A DNA stretch of 64,000 bases from Phoronis australis (Eukaryota > Animalia > Phoronida), in contig NMRA01000359.1 of assembly GCA_002633005.1 (NCBI GenBank), positions 124,001-188,000 on the forward strand, read 5' to 3'. Position 1 is the stretch's first letter; every line of letters starts with the position of its first letter. Position numbers and translations under genes: made by a program. The notes under the pieces were generated by a model. The model did no database searches. It was not told the origin of the DNA and worked only from the letters and a program-made list of their open reading frames with translations. This document shows, piece after piece, positions 50,901 through 61,508 of the stretch.

Positions 50901-52809
50901 CGTTCATAACTATGGTTGAAGACTTTGACAATGAAATTAGACCAATTTTGAAAAATCATTTTCGAGATTGTTGATAATTTACTGTACATTCATCAGAGTC
51001 CGTGAACAAAAACTTCAGTCGAGACTCGATTATAGAAATGACTGACGAATGACATCAATCGGGCGATTTTCAAGATGAGTTTCAAGATGAATTTCGAGTA
51101 AAGTTTGGTGGCAAATAACATGTCATGTGTAACCAATGTACTCAATGACTGTAATGTCTGCATTTGATGTCGATGCTACATTGATCGATCAAGCCTATCG
51201 AATGTTTGATGAATGAGGGTGCCTGGCAATTTATGCCAACGTGAGAAGAAAATTTCTGTCATGCAACGCAAATAACAATGTCTTGTTTGACAGCGTCCAC
51301 CAAATGCTGAACTATCTCTCCAGCATAAAAAATTATGTTCCTTGTAACAACGAGTTATTTTGGCATTTGCTATAAGCCTATCGTCTATAAGATATTCTAT
51401 GCAAAGGCGCATTTTTTTCTAACAACCTTATTACATTTAGTGTGGCTACAGGTCAGTTGCTGAGAAGTACACGTTGTCGACTTTTAGCTCTACGCTCAGA
51501 CATTTAATTAGAAATGTGAGCGCCATCTTTTCAATGTCTCGACTGAGTCATGTACATCAACTGTCAACAAGGTGACGTCACTGTCTGATAACCTGGCAAT
51601 ATACGGTAGGTGAGCTAAAGGCACGTGATCTTGCTTATCTTCAATTGAATTTTTCAATGCGTATATACAATCCAATGTATTCGACCTTGAGGCAAAAAGG
51701 ATGATCTGAACTTTGGTGACGAATGTGTCCTTTTTCAAATGCGTCTAAAAACGGGACAGAAACTTGAGAGATATTCACACTTGGTTATTTGACTGATCAA
51801 TAAGCAAGTTTATATACTATAGATTACAATTTCTGAAAGTAGGAAGTCTGCAGAATTAGATTTTTGACCTCATACCAATCTCAGTGCCATTAACTGAGTC
51901 ACACTTAATTAAGTTCAGCAACATATAAAGGTACTACCATAGCAAAATACCCGGGTATCAAAACAAGATTAAAATCGTTTGATTTTCATGTTTAAGGTTA
52001 AATCTCAAAAAACAGTCTTCTAAATTTCGTTTTTGTTTTTTTTTTCATGCAAGTCTTGATTTTCTTCAAAAAATCATGAAAGACATATTTCTTTATAGCC
52101 CCTCATGCAAAAACGGAACCTTTTAAAATAATTAATAATTGTCTGTCGGAGAACAATGTATAATCTGAAAGTTTCGTATCGTCTGCTCCGCCATTTCTAA
52201 GATGTGATGTTCTGAATGTTCCTAAATTTCGACAATTTTTCCACATTTAAAATGAAACGAACGACGGAAGACATGTAAGTCAATGTGGGAACTACCAATG
52301 ACATGTTGCACTGACGCACACACAAACATACTGCTGATTTCAGGTAAATCCAAATATCGCGTGCTAACAGACACCGGTACGACGGTTAACAAATTGCGGT
52401 TTGTCAAATCTTGCACCCCATCTGGAGGTGCAGTGTTTGAAAATTACGGTGACAAACCAGCAAATCAACTGCACAACGACGTATCAAACATATAGACTGA
52501 GTTTATTTCGTAATACATATAAGATGTCAATATCGAACTATGCACCAAAAAGACAATGAATAATCTCGGCTCGTGACCCACTTATGACTTATTATGCCGG
52601 CTACAGCGTAAATGCGTCGCTCATGAGGTGCGACGACGCAGCATGAGACAGCACCTTGTCTTACAGCACGAGAGAAAAATCTACAACCCACAAGTATATT
52701 GTTAATAAAATATTCAGCAAACGAATTTTTTACCTCCAGCGGTGCCTTGCCTTGGTACAGCTAAGAAAACCACGAGAATAGTATACAATGACATCGTTCC
52801 CTCCGCCAT
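23945..52809 (-). CDS. Mesh-like type I membrane protein (signal peptide, NIDO, IPT/TIG, AMOP, vWD, sushi, TM, charged tail); 20 coding exons, ~1239 aa; Mesh/SUSD2/MUC4 family
   Basis: Exons 52809-52734 (MAEGTMSLYTILVVFLAVPRQGTAG), 45952-45837, 45555-45382, 44302-44150, 43703-43560 (NTFQAAIVTDGQSTYSIFNY, NIDO), 43312-43141, 42628-42526 (GSVYGGEDLYVSGPC, IPT), 41436-41288, 40740-40592, 40159-39999, 38849-38568 (CPCTLSQARADLGRW, AMOP), 37915-37647 (GNQCCYRGDG), 36897-36760 (YGDPHFTTFDNFTYTFNGKGEF, vWD), 35086-34904, 34519-34383, 34002-33879, 33705-33442, 33175-32984 (sushi), 25085-24926 (TM), 24518-23945. All introns are GT-AG with consistent phases; total 3720 nt. Confidence 0.9.
29624..30029. 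mobile_element. MITE with ~30-bp TIRs, TA target duplication and an internal ~21-bp minisatellite (Tc1/mariner-like)
   Basis: TA|TGAAGCGCCAAAGGGTTCTTAAACGAGTAA...TTACTCGTTTAAGAACCCTTTGGCGCTTCA|TA, with internal TTTTGCTTAATCTACGCGTAC-like repeats. Confidence 0.85.
30410..30661. mobile_element. ~250-bp MITE (TGCGCGTACCCAGG TIR)
   Basis: TIR pair TGCGCGTACCCAGG / CCTGGGTACGCGCA; the interior is related to 31331-31574 in reverse orientation. Confidence 0.75.
31331..31574. mobile_element. ~245-bp MITE with 5-bp TSD
   Basis: CAGAC|CATGCGC...GCGCATG|CAGAC; shares GAGACAAAAGTCCACTAAAAA with the reverse complement of 30535-30556. Confidence 0.7.
35296..36703. mobile_element. 1.4-kb TTAA-target DNA transposon, Kolobok-like, non-autonomous
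   Basis: TTAA|AGGAGAATGCCACCCAA...TTGGGTGGCATGCTCCT|TTAA. A minus-strand remnant reads DELELISPDFAGGSLSFTGYQFEQEYSDEELLERRREQA (~35560-35444). Confidence 0.75.
42405..42450. repeat. (CA)n/(TG)n microsatellite with an internal N
   Basis: Seen directly. Confidence 0.9.
45590..45725. repeat. Degenerate (CAT/CGT)n simple repeat
   Basis: Runs of CATCATCGTC-like triplets. Confidence 0.6.
46850..47282 (-). mobile_element. 3' fragment of a non-LTR retrotransposon (RT C-terminal zinc-binding region)
   Basis: ETGR...RICFFCNMNYVEDELHFVLVC motif (47196-46948), then AATAAA near 46860 on the minus strand. Confidence 0.75.
47840..48892 (+). mobile_element. Degenerate 3' fragment of an L1/Tx1-like LINE (zf-RVT region)
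   Basis: KLRWFQFRLSHRII...KIGISSSPLCTFCKSETETLLHLY with frameshifts and stops; ends in AATAAAAAAA near 48882-48891. Confidence 0.85.
49229..50443. repeat. 607-bp near-identical tandem duplication split by a single N (49836); probable assembly artefact
   Basis: 49229-49835 and 49837-50443 differ only by a few SNPs. Confidence 0.9.
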
Positions 52810-54973
52810 GACAGTCACTATTACCGCCAAAGTTTGCCAGTGTACACACTAGGTAACTGATAAATACGTCTGGATTAATGATAACAAATTTTGTATTTAT
52901 CTAGTTGGCTCGCCTTAACAAATGGGTGAGTCATTATCTGTACCTACAACGGTGTTGTGTAGGTAGAAAAGACAATACGATGACCTAATGTTAATGAACT
53001 TTTATTTCTAATAATGCTTTTATACTGGATAGACAAAGCTCGTAAAGTACACACAAGCAGACGTCAAATTTATGTTGACCTATAAAACGATAAACGGCGA
53101 CAAGCGTTCGTTAATAGTACAATAATTTTTTTTTAGTTTAATTGCTTGGCACTAAACTACGGTATATCATTCGACAACAGGCTCATCTTTCTCATCTTTA
53201 AATGTAGTGATTATAAGTGAGCTAGGTTATGATGCATAAAACAGTTACAGGTATAAATGACTAGTGGTTGGTTGCGTTAGCGTTCGATACTGTATATTAG
53301 TCCCGTGCCCACGGAGACAAATGTCAAATCGTCTACAAACTGAGCGAACATTCAAAAAATTGATTGACTACGAAAAGGTGTTACAAACTTTCCTGGCATT
53401 AGTGGTGACGCGTTAATAATTGAATGCGTTATTCACATACCCTACACTCCCTCCCTCCCCCTGTGTTGATGACCGGAGTGCTCCAGGCGTGGGAGGAGAT
53501 AGGAGAAATAAGATTTATCGTCGAATCTAAAATATCCCGAAGGCGGCGGTGGTCTAACTTTCAACACTTGGGATCGTACGTTGGACATTGCAGTAGAAAT
53601 ACCATTTCGAAAAATGGCGAGTATGCACTGTTTGATCTCCCGGTACAGTGTGGGTAATAAAAAAATTATAACCAAGAAAAATTGATAAGCTGTGGCACCA
53701 AATTTCAGAGTTGTATTTTGAGCCTTTGCAGAGTAATGATGCCAAAAAATTAGTTGAATGGATTTTGAGTTGAGCTGGAGAATAAAATACTCCACGCAAA
53801 GACTAAAAACGTTTTACTTTTTTATTTTTGCCGTGCATCACTTCTAGACACGATGCCCGAACAGCCTAAAATTGAGAGTACATTGGAAAAAACATCAGTT
53901 TTTGCATTCACTGGATGGCCGGTGAAATTCTGTTTCTTTTGAAGGTTTTTCATTTAATAACGAAGAGCGTAATTTTTGAGAGACTAGCTTTTATGATCAC
54001 AAATACCGTGACGAGAGTTTTTGTGCCGGTTTCGTGGAGATTATCTGTAGCCAACAGCAAAGACGGATTTGAAGGTCCATAAAGTATTAGCAACTGTGAA
54101 GTTTCTGATACCAACACGTTGCAGGTTAAACTTACCATTCGAATGCGTCAAAATTCACGTTACAACACCTCAATTCTGATTTTTGGAAATGGTTCCCACT
54201 CCTCCTTTTGGATACCGTGATTCTCGTATTGTTTACGGGTACTCTCTTAGTAAGGCGTTTGACACTGGAACAAGGGATTTTAAAGAATGGATGGTGTGGT
54301 TCACGTGTCCCTCAGCCGTTTTGAAGGTTGTGTATGAGAAACCTTAGGCTTGTGAAGGGTTCGGTGCTTTCTGATTTTCGTGTTGTAGGCTATATGTCTG
54401 CAAAAATTGTCCTATGTTTCAACTCATAATTTTCGTTCATAACTGGGGCCTATAAACTCATCTTGCTACGAAATTGATGCTTTGATGCAGGTTGAAATTC
54501 CAGACGGCAATATAGGCCCCCTAGGGCCTATCATTATTCGACTCCCTGGTAATCAACAAAGTCTTGAATTTTGGCGTTGGTTGCTGAAATTCTTACAGAA
54601 GTCCTGAACTGTATTCCCTGTGCCCAAGACAGTCGCAAGAAAACCTTGTGTGATATCGCTTGTAGTCGTATCGCGAAAATTTGCATGATCTCATATCTAG
54701 GAAACACAGCCCTGCAGTGAGGTACGCCTACCCAGTGTTTTAACATCCTCATTTGGAGAGGGAGGCTACGTTAACAATCTGGAAAAGTTGTTGTTGATTT
54801 GAGTTGTTTTAACCATCCTGAGGCAGATTTAAATTCATTTTGGGAACACGTAATTGACTCATGCAACAGATTAAATATTATCGTTGACTGTCGATAGAGG
54901 TCAGGAGGTAACCACTATGACAGCGCCATCTATCGTTGAACAAATAGCAGACGACTTTTCGACCACTTAAAAA

Positions 54974-57900
54974 ATGTCCACTTCTTTAGCCAGCGGCAAC
55001 AGTTTTAAGTTGGACATCATATGTAGTAGTGCTCAGGAATTACAACAAGGTACTAGCGAAACGCATATGGGGTACAATTTTGTAAACTCACGCACGCGAG
55101 TTCTGGATTTCCGAGTGAGAAAATGAAAAATCCAAACTTGGTCAGTTGGTCCGAGCAGAGGCAGACGAGAAGTAGGCCTACTTGACAGTGACAACTATCC
55201 CACTCTTAGCGAGACCGTGCACCTCTCTGAATTTTTTCCTGCGTCCCACCACAGAAGAAGAATGACCAGCTCTTTTTCACTCGCCACGAAATTTACGTAT
55301 TAGGCCTAACGCAAAGTTTTTTTCCTTTTTTGTGATTTGTCACATTGTGTAGCCTAATCCCGTTCTGCGTTGTCACGAAGTCGAAGGTATTAGTCTGTGC
55401 TGGCCAGATTATCTATTGATCAAAGTAAACTGTAGCTTATCTTAGGGCCCCTGTACAAACTATGGGCCCCACCTCGAAGCCAACTAGTGCGCGAGAAGGC
55501 ACATTAAGTGAAAACCCTGTCGCCGGGGTTAGCTTAAAAATTATGATGACCCGGGGTAAAAAATCGAGGCTTTTAAAAATTGTCAGGGGTCCTAAACCTA
55601 GACTCTTTGTTGCCCATGGACCCTAGATACCTTAATCTGACATTGGTCAGTCATGATATATTTGCTATACACCGGTGAACTCGACTTATAAAGCACAAAA
55701 TATTTTGCAGAAAGAAACTGCCTTGAAAAGAAACTCAACGACCTTAGACAAAAGCGCCATGGTCTTGAAACAACAGCTAACACGAGTAAGCTCGCCGTTC
55801 GTTACGATTTCTGTTACATCTAGCTCCTTGAGAATTTTAACTTAACGTGATCTGGAGTTCCTACAGTGAATGAAAACGAGACTGACACAAGATTCTTACC
55901 AGTGGTTTATTTTGAAAGGAACTGGCATTTAGCCTACGATTTTAGTTAACGGTATTACCATAGAATACGTGTATTACTATTCACAAAGAACAAGAAGAGA
56001 ATAATTCGAAAGTGTATTTTCTCCAGTTTCAGGGAAATTAAACCAGGCCTCTGATACCAACAACAAAATGTTAGGTAGGTATCCGTGGACTTAATATTCT
56101 GCTCAGTAAAGATTCACTCACTGTGACCCGAATTCAAGAACTGTCTGGGAATGTAAATTTCACTTGACCCGGAGGACTTTTGTCTAGCTAGTGAAATACG
56201 AAAAAAAAATGTACAGATGGCCTTCAACAGGTACAGTAAACTTAAATGAGGTTTTCAACTGGCCACCAATCACTCATCTTCGGACTGAAAAATATTGAGA
56301 CATTTAGTAGAATGGAAGCCTCATGAAGCAATGTATTAGTCAACTTGTGCACAGGTCGCCAAATCTTACCAATTCCCCCACCGACACAAGTTTCACATTT
56401 CCAACATTCGTCAACGGCAGATTTCACACCGTTACCCCTGTAACCAAGGCCGTTCATCGAATTCTGTTTCGTCGTTTTTGGCATCGTGCTATGCTCTTTC
56501 CTTCATCGGAAATTTATCCAGTGTATATCTTATTGGGATGCCATGACATGGATGACTGTACATTGTTACGAACATTGTGGTTTTGTGTTCAGTATGCTTG
56601 TATTCTAACAAATTCCAGAGACCTTAAAAGTGGCGCGTCACAAAGCCGATCAAGCTCAGGAGCAATCAAACAGGTGAATTAACAACTTTTTTTTATACAG
56701 TGGGTAAAACTACATGTATAGCTAGAGGCTGCGTGAAATACTTGTGATGAGTTCGAACTTAACGTTCCGACACAAACTGAGTTCGTTTTAGCAGGTTATG
56801 TGTGCTTTGTCGCGTTGCAAAAATAACAAAAACATGACCGATAAAAACACCGGTCTGTCTAAAATGAAATTGATAACGCAGGAAGGATTTGCACAGCAAG
56901 GGCAGGTATAAGCCAACCTAAAAAGGGTACTCCCCGGCTTTGAGCTCTGCTCCGTAGGCGTACGAAGCGTCGAGCAGGGGAACGAATCCCCACCCAGGTA
57001 CAATGTTGGGAGGTGGAGACAGGTCCAGCGGCCGGCCTCAGTAATGAGAAAAAGGGACTTATGGAGGGTAAGGCATCTGCCTATAGTGGTTAATAACTCT
57101 ATACTGGAAAATTTCCCAATATGTATAAGAAAATGCAACTTGGCCTGATTTTTTTTCTAAATGCAGTCCATTGAATTAAACCACACCCATTCAATGCACA
57201 ATGTTCACGTAAAGAAGAAACTGTCCCACTCAATAAAGTTGTCGTTGGTGCATGCCTATTGGCAGATTGTCCATAAAGCTAATAAGGTACAGCTAACAGA
57301 GGGCCTCCCGAGTAAAGCTAGTTGGATCACACCGTACTTTTCTTGGTGATATCTCGCGAAGACTTGTTTCTACGCGTCTATGGAACGCACCCCACTGGAT
57401 TGCCCTCTCATTTCTACAAGGACATCTCAACCGTTGTAACTACCGGGAGTACTGAGCTAGTCGAAAATTTTGACGACCGAGGAAGGGATGTTGGGGGTAG
57501 ATCAAAAATTGTAGCGACCGGGAGATGCCTTGAAATATGTGATGACCAGTGCTTCTACTGACCTATGAGCAACCTTAATCCGGCACGTGCGCACTGGCCT
57601 GTCAAACTCGTCTGGTTACGCAACTGAAAGTACAATTTAATGACTATAGTTTCCTAATTTTATTATCAACCTTCCGCTCTTAGGCCTATCTGCAAAGTCT
57701 AGTACAGTCCAGGGAAGTATTTCTCAGGGATGTGCGTTTACTTTCGAATGAAACCATTTTGTCTACTAAAGCTCCCTGGAACGACAAAAACAGACTAAAT
57801 TGCATTATTCAAAGTGGTTTTCTGCCACTGAACCAGAATTCAACGTGTCCACCACTTATTTATAAGGTTTGCTGAATTTCTGTTCATGTCAAAGCCTTTT

Positions 57901-60900
57901 CCTTTTAATTTCAAATTTAAAAAACGATCTGTCAGCAGCTCGTCACTTGTTGATTTTTCTCCCACAAGACAAAGCCCGCCTCCTTATTTGGTATGACAAG
58001 ACATAGACGTAGCACGTTTCGCTCATTCGTTTTTTAGTGTGACATCATTTTGACGTTTTGGACCCAGTCAATTACTATTAAAATTCTAAAATTAAAAACA
58101 GTCGTAAGCGCTAGGCTAGATTTAGGCCTAAGTACCTCTGTAACTTATTAATAACTTGGAAGTTATTACTTGAACTGGTCAATCTTAATCCTTCTCAACT
58201 CCCCGAGAGCATACAACGGGTGCAACCGTTGTCGGACTAAACCGGTTAATCCAAACCCATATGTTTGCAAAATAATTCAAATGCTTAACTGCCCCGTGAT
58301 TACCTAAATCGGAAAAATCCAAGACCTACAAAATGTTTTGAAAATGTGACGTGTCAGTCCATTTCCAGCAATATTTGTGGGTCCAAATCGCGTCACAGTT
58401 GTGGTAGATAGGTCATCACTAAACATTCGAATATGGAAGATGTGACCTTTGTCACTAAGGTGCTGGGGGATGGTACTTTAGTCAGGAATTGATTAAAAGA
58501 GTTTTGACGAGCTTTCGCGTTCCATGCCTTTTTAGTCATTTCTGTTGTGTTGACATATGTTGGCTTATTTTAGCCTGGAGATAATTGTTGAAAACAGAAG
58601 AAAGAAAATTGATAATCTGAACGAAAAGGTGAAGCAATCGAAATCGGAACAAGCGCAAGAAATGTGAGTTTCTCCCTCGCGGTTAAATTCATTGGTAACG
58701 ATTTGGAGTTCCTGTAAGCGTCAAACACATCAACGCATTGTAGGCTGGTGTCACTGCATAGTGAAATGCATGCTGATTTACTTCGACTATTTGCACTTCA
58801 AGTCACCATGATTATATTAAATTCGCGTCGTATAGTCTTCTGACACAGCGCCGTCCTGGATAAGTGAATGGGAAATTGGTCGAAGATTTTTCTTTGTACG
58901 TGTAAAGTTTTACGGACCAAAAACAGTCATGTAATGTATACCATGAGTACCGCAGTTCAGGCACTAAGTTTGAAATGCAAATTTTACGTCTGTCAAAATT
59001 GTGTCCCCGTCCTCTTACAAATGGTATGAACGCGCAATCATACACGGTGTTAAAAACCCTTTGATCTTTTTCCTTGCGCAACGTGTCTTCACAATTTGCC
59101 TACACAATGGTGCGATTGAGTGAGGCCTGGGGCTGAAATACTCAGTAGTTAGAACTTACAATTTTGATTTCAGGGCCTTGTTTGAAGACAAATTGACAGA
59201 ATTGGCAACAAAATTAATGGAAGCAAAAGATTTTTATGTGAGTCAAGTCATACGTATTTGAAATAACATAACGTGTTGAAACGTTTTTGTCAGTAACCTG
59301 GTACAGTTCGTTTTGTTAAAGTTTTTATTCACTTCTTATTCATAAAAACCAGTCACCGTGTCAAGACATGTAATACTGCATTTTAGGCAGACGAACGACT
59401 CAAAGCAAAAATCAAGGAAGTGAAGACTCAAAAAGATGCACTGGAAACAGAAGGTATTTATTCCTGTTGGTGGATAACACAAAGCCTCGTGTAGTTTCAC
59501 CGCCTAAGCTTAGTTCTCGTCGAAATATCTCGCTCACTTGCAGAAATCTGTCTTTAACCCCAGTTATATTTCCCACCATTTCTGTTGTCCAGAGCTCAGT
59601 TGCGTAAAACACATGTTCGGTGCCCTCTAACTTCTTTTTAGCCAAGGAAACGGAAAAGGACATTACAGACGTCGCAGAAAATATTAAAGAGTTGTCACTG
59701 AAGCCAGCCTATGACGAAGTATCTGTTTATGTTCAAGATCAAATAAGGTATTTAAAGCTGTGTTTTGTTATTCAAGACGATAAGACCATTGCTTTTGCAT
59801 CAGTTCTGCGATAACGTTTTTCTCAGACTTACCGTTTTCGAGTTATTTGAGTTTGAATTTCAAAAAACGCAAAATTTCAATTTTTTCGAAAAAATTATGG
59901 AATGTTGCGAAACTATCAATTTAGATAGAGTTAGGAACGGGGTTTCAGAAGATGTTTTCCATTTTTCGATAGGACGTCTACTTTTCGAATTAATTGAGAT
60001 TTTCTGATAGCGCTGTTCCTTTGAGCGCTCTTACTGCATTGATGTTGGTTTTGTTTATTTGAACAAGACTTTAGGTTATTTCTTACTAACTTATAACATC
60101 TAAGTTCTCGTATGAATGTTATTGTGTTGTTCATAATCTCCGCCTTCATCGTCATGATCGTCGTCGTCGTCCTCCCCATCGTCCTGTTTTCACGTAAGTT
60201 CGCCAAGTGTCGCTCCTCCGAACCCTTTCGCACTGTTGCCAGGTTACCGGGTGCGTGAACAAGACTCAGGCTATTTCTTACTGATTTGTCATAATCTCCG
60301 CCTTCATCGTCATGATCGTCGTCGTCGTCCTCCCCATCGTCCTGTTTTCGCGTAATTTCGCCAAGTGTCGCTCCTCCGAGCGCTCTCGTTTTATTGTTCG
60401 TTTCTTCGACGAAACACGCGTTTATACATAATGTATAGCCGCTGTAATGACATCTTGTTCGAGTGCGCAGTAAGTCGGTTCCTCAATCGTACCAACATGG
60501 AACCTAAAATGTCGAAATGGGGACACCCAACCACAATTTTCGAACGAATATGTCCCTCTAAGCCTAAACATAGTGTGCTGGGGGCGTCGTTTTTTCCATG
60601 ATCCGTAGGGGTGTGAGGTGCGTTGCGCCTGATGTAAATCAGCTTATGCAATAAAACAAATACCAACTTAGACCCACATCCCGCGAATTCGAACGAATGT
60701 GTATTAACAATTGAGGCAATATGTTACTCAGTATTCAACCTGCAGGTGATTTCAGGACACCGGGATTTTGTGGGATTGATTTGAATAAAACGGAAAGTGG
60801 CCTAAACAAAAACCTGGTTTTAGTTTGACTGAAAACATGGATTTAATGCCGTTTAAAGAACATACCGATTGCAAGTTAATGTTTTCAGTCATTCACCCAT

Positions 60901-61061
60901 ACGGTTGGTGACACGAGGGGTATAATTCATGCCATGTACGAATTGTATTTTATTTCTGATCCAGAACTGCACTACTTCAAGAACAGGCTAGACTACACCA
61001 GGTGAAGGAACAGATGTCAGCGCAAGTCGCCAACCTACAGCAACAGTTAGCTGGTTCTTAA
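54974..61061 (+). CDS. SYCE1: SYCE1-like synaptonemal complex central element protein; 9 small exons, ~225 aa coiled coil
   Basis: Exons 54974-55049, 55711-55785, 56027-56074, 56619-56673, 58574-58663, 59174-59237, 59387-59453, 59642-59747, 60965-61061 (678 nt, all GT-AG, phases consistent) give MSTSLASGNSFKLDIICSSAQELQQERNCLEKKLNDLRQKRHGLETTANTISGKLNQASDTNNKMLETLKVARHKADQAQEQSNSLEIIVENRRKKIDNLNEKVKQSKSEQAQEMALFEDKLTELATKLMEAKDFYADERLKAKIKEVKTQKDALETEAKETEKDITDVAENIKELSLKPAYDEVSVYVQDQIRTALLQEQARLHQVKEQMSAQVANLQQQLAGS*. The core aligns without gaps to recalled human SYCE1 (KQETLRILR; AFEEQLEDL...DFHMPERLAKEI). The last junction is less certain. Confidence 0.75.
60060..60380. repeat. Short local direct duplication (~90-120 bp) in the last SYCE1-like intron
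   Basis: CATAATCTCCGCCTTCATCGTCATGATCGTCGTCGTCGTCCTCCCCATCG...CTCCTCCGA occurs at ~60132 and ~60290. Confidence 0.85.
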
Positions 61062-61508
61062 TCTAATTTTCGGTATTTTTAACATTGAAATACGTCTTTG
61101 TGGGAATTTGAATAGCTTGACTTCACGTCGCCAACAAGAAAATACTTGATAATTGGGTTTATAGAAAGTTCAATCTCATGTTAAAGTGTTATCAATAAAT
61201 GATAAAGAGACAAGACATGATATAAACGTTTATTTACACAATTCACAAACTAAAAGTGAAATTAATGCTCCTTTAATACATAAAAATAAATATCTACACA
61301 ACGTACAACTTTTTATAGTGTCTTTCATACCAGCAAAGTTGAATAATCAACCTGCAAACTGAGCGGTTGCATCCGGTTCATCACAGCATGATGTTAATGG
61401 TTTTGAAGAAATGCAGTCTGACCAAAACTGGGGGTCATGCCAATAAATGCAAGATCTACTCACATTATTGGATAACTGATTATCAAAAATTCAGGAAACA
61501 TTAATAAA

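Noticed and set aside
59765-60007. LTVFELFEFEFQKTQNF as an extra SYCE1-like exon
   Set aside because: An in-phase acceptor exists at 59826, but the sequence looks like an AT-rich repeat and the 59747->60965 join already gives a coherent C-terminus. It cannot be excluded without RNA data.
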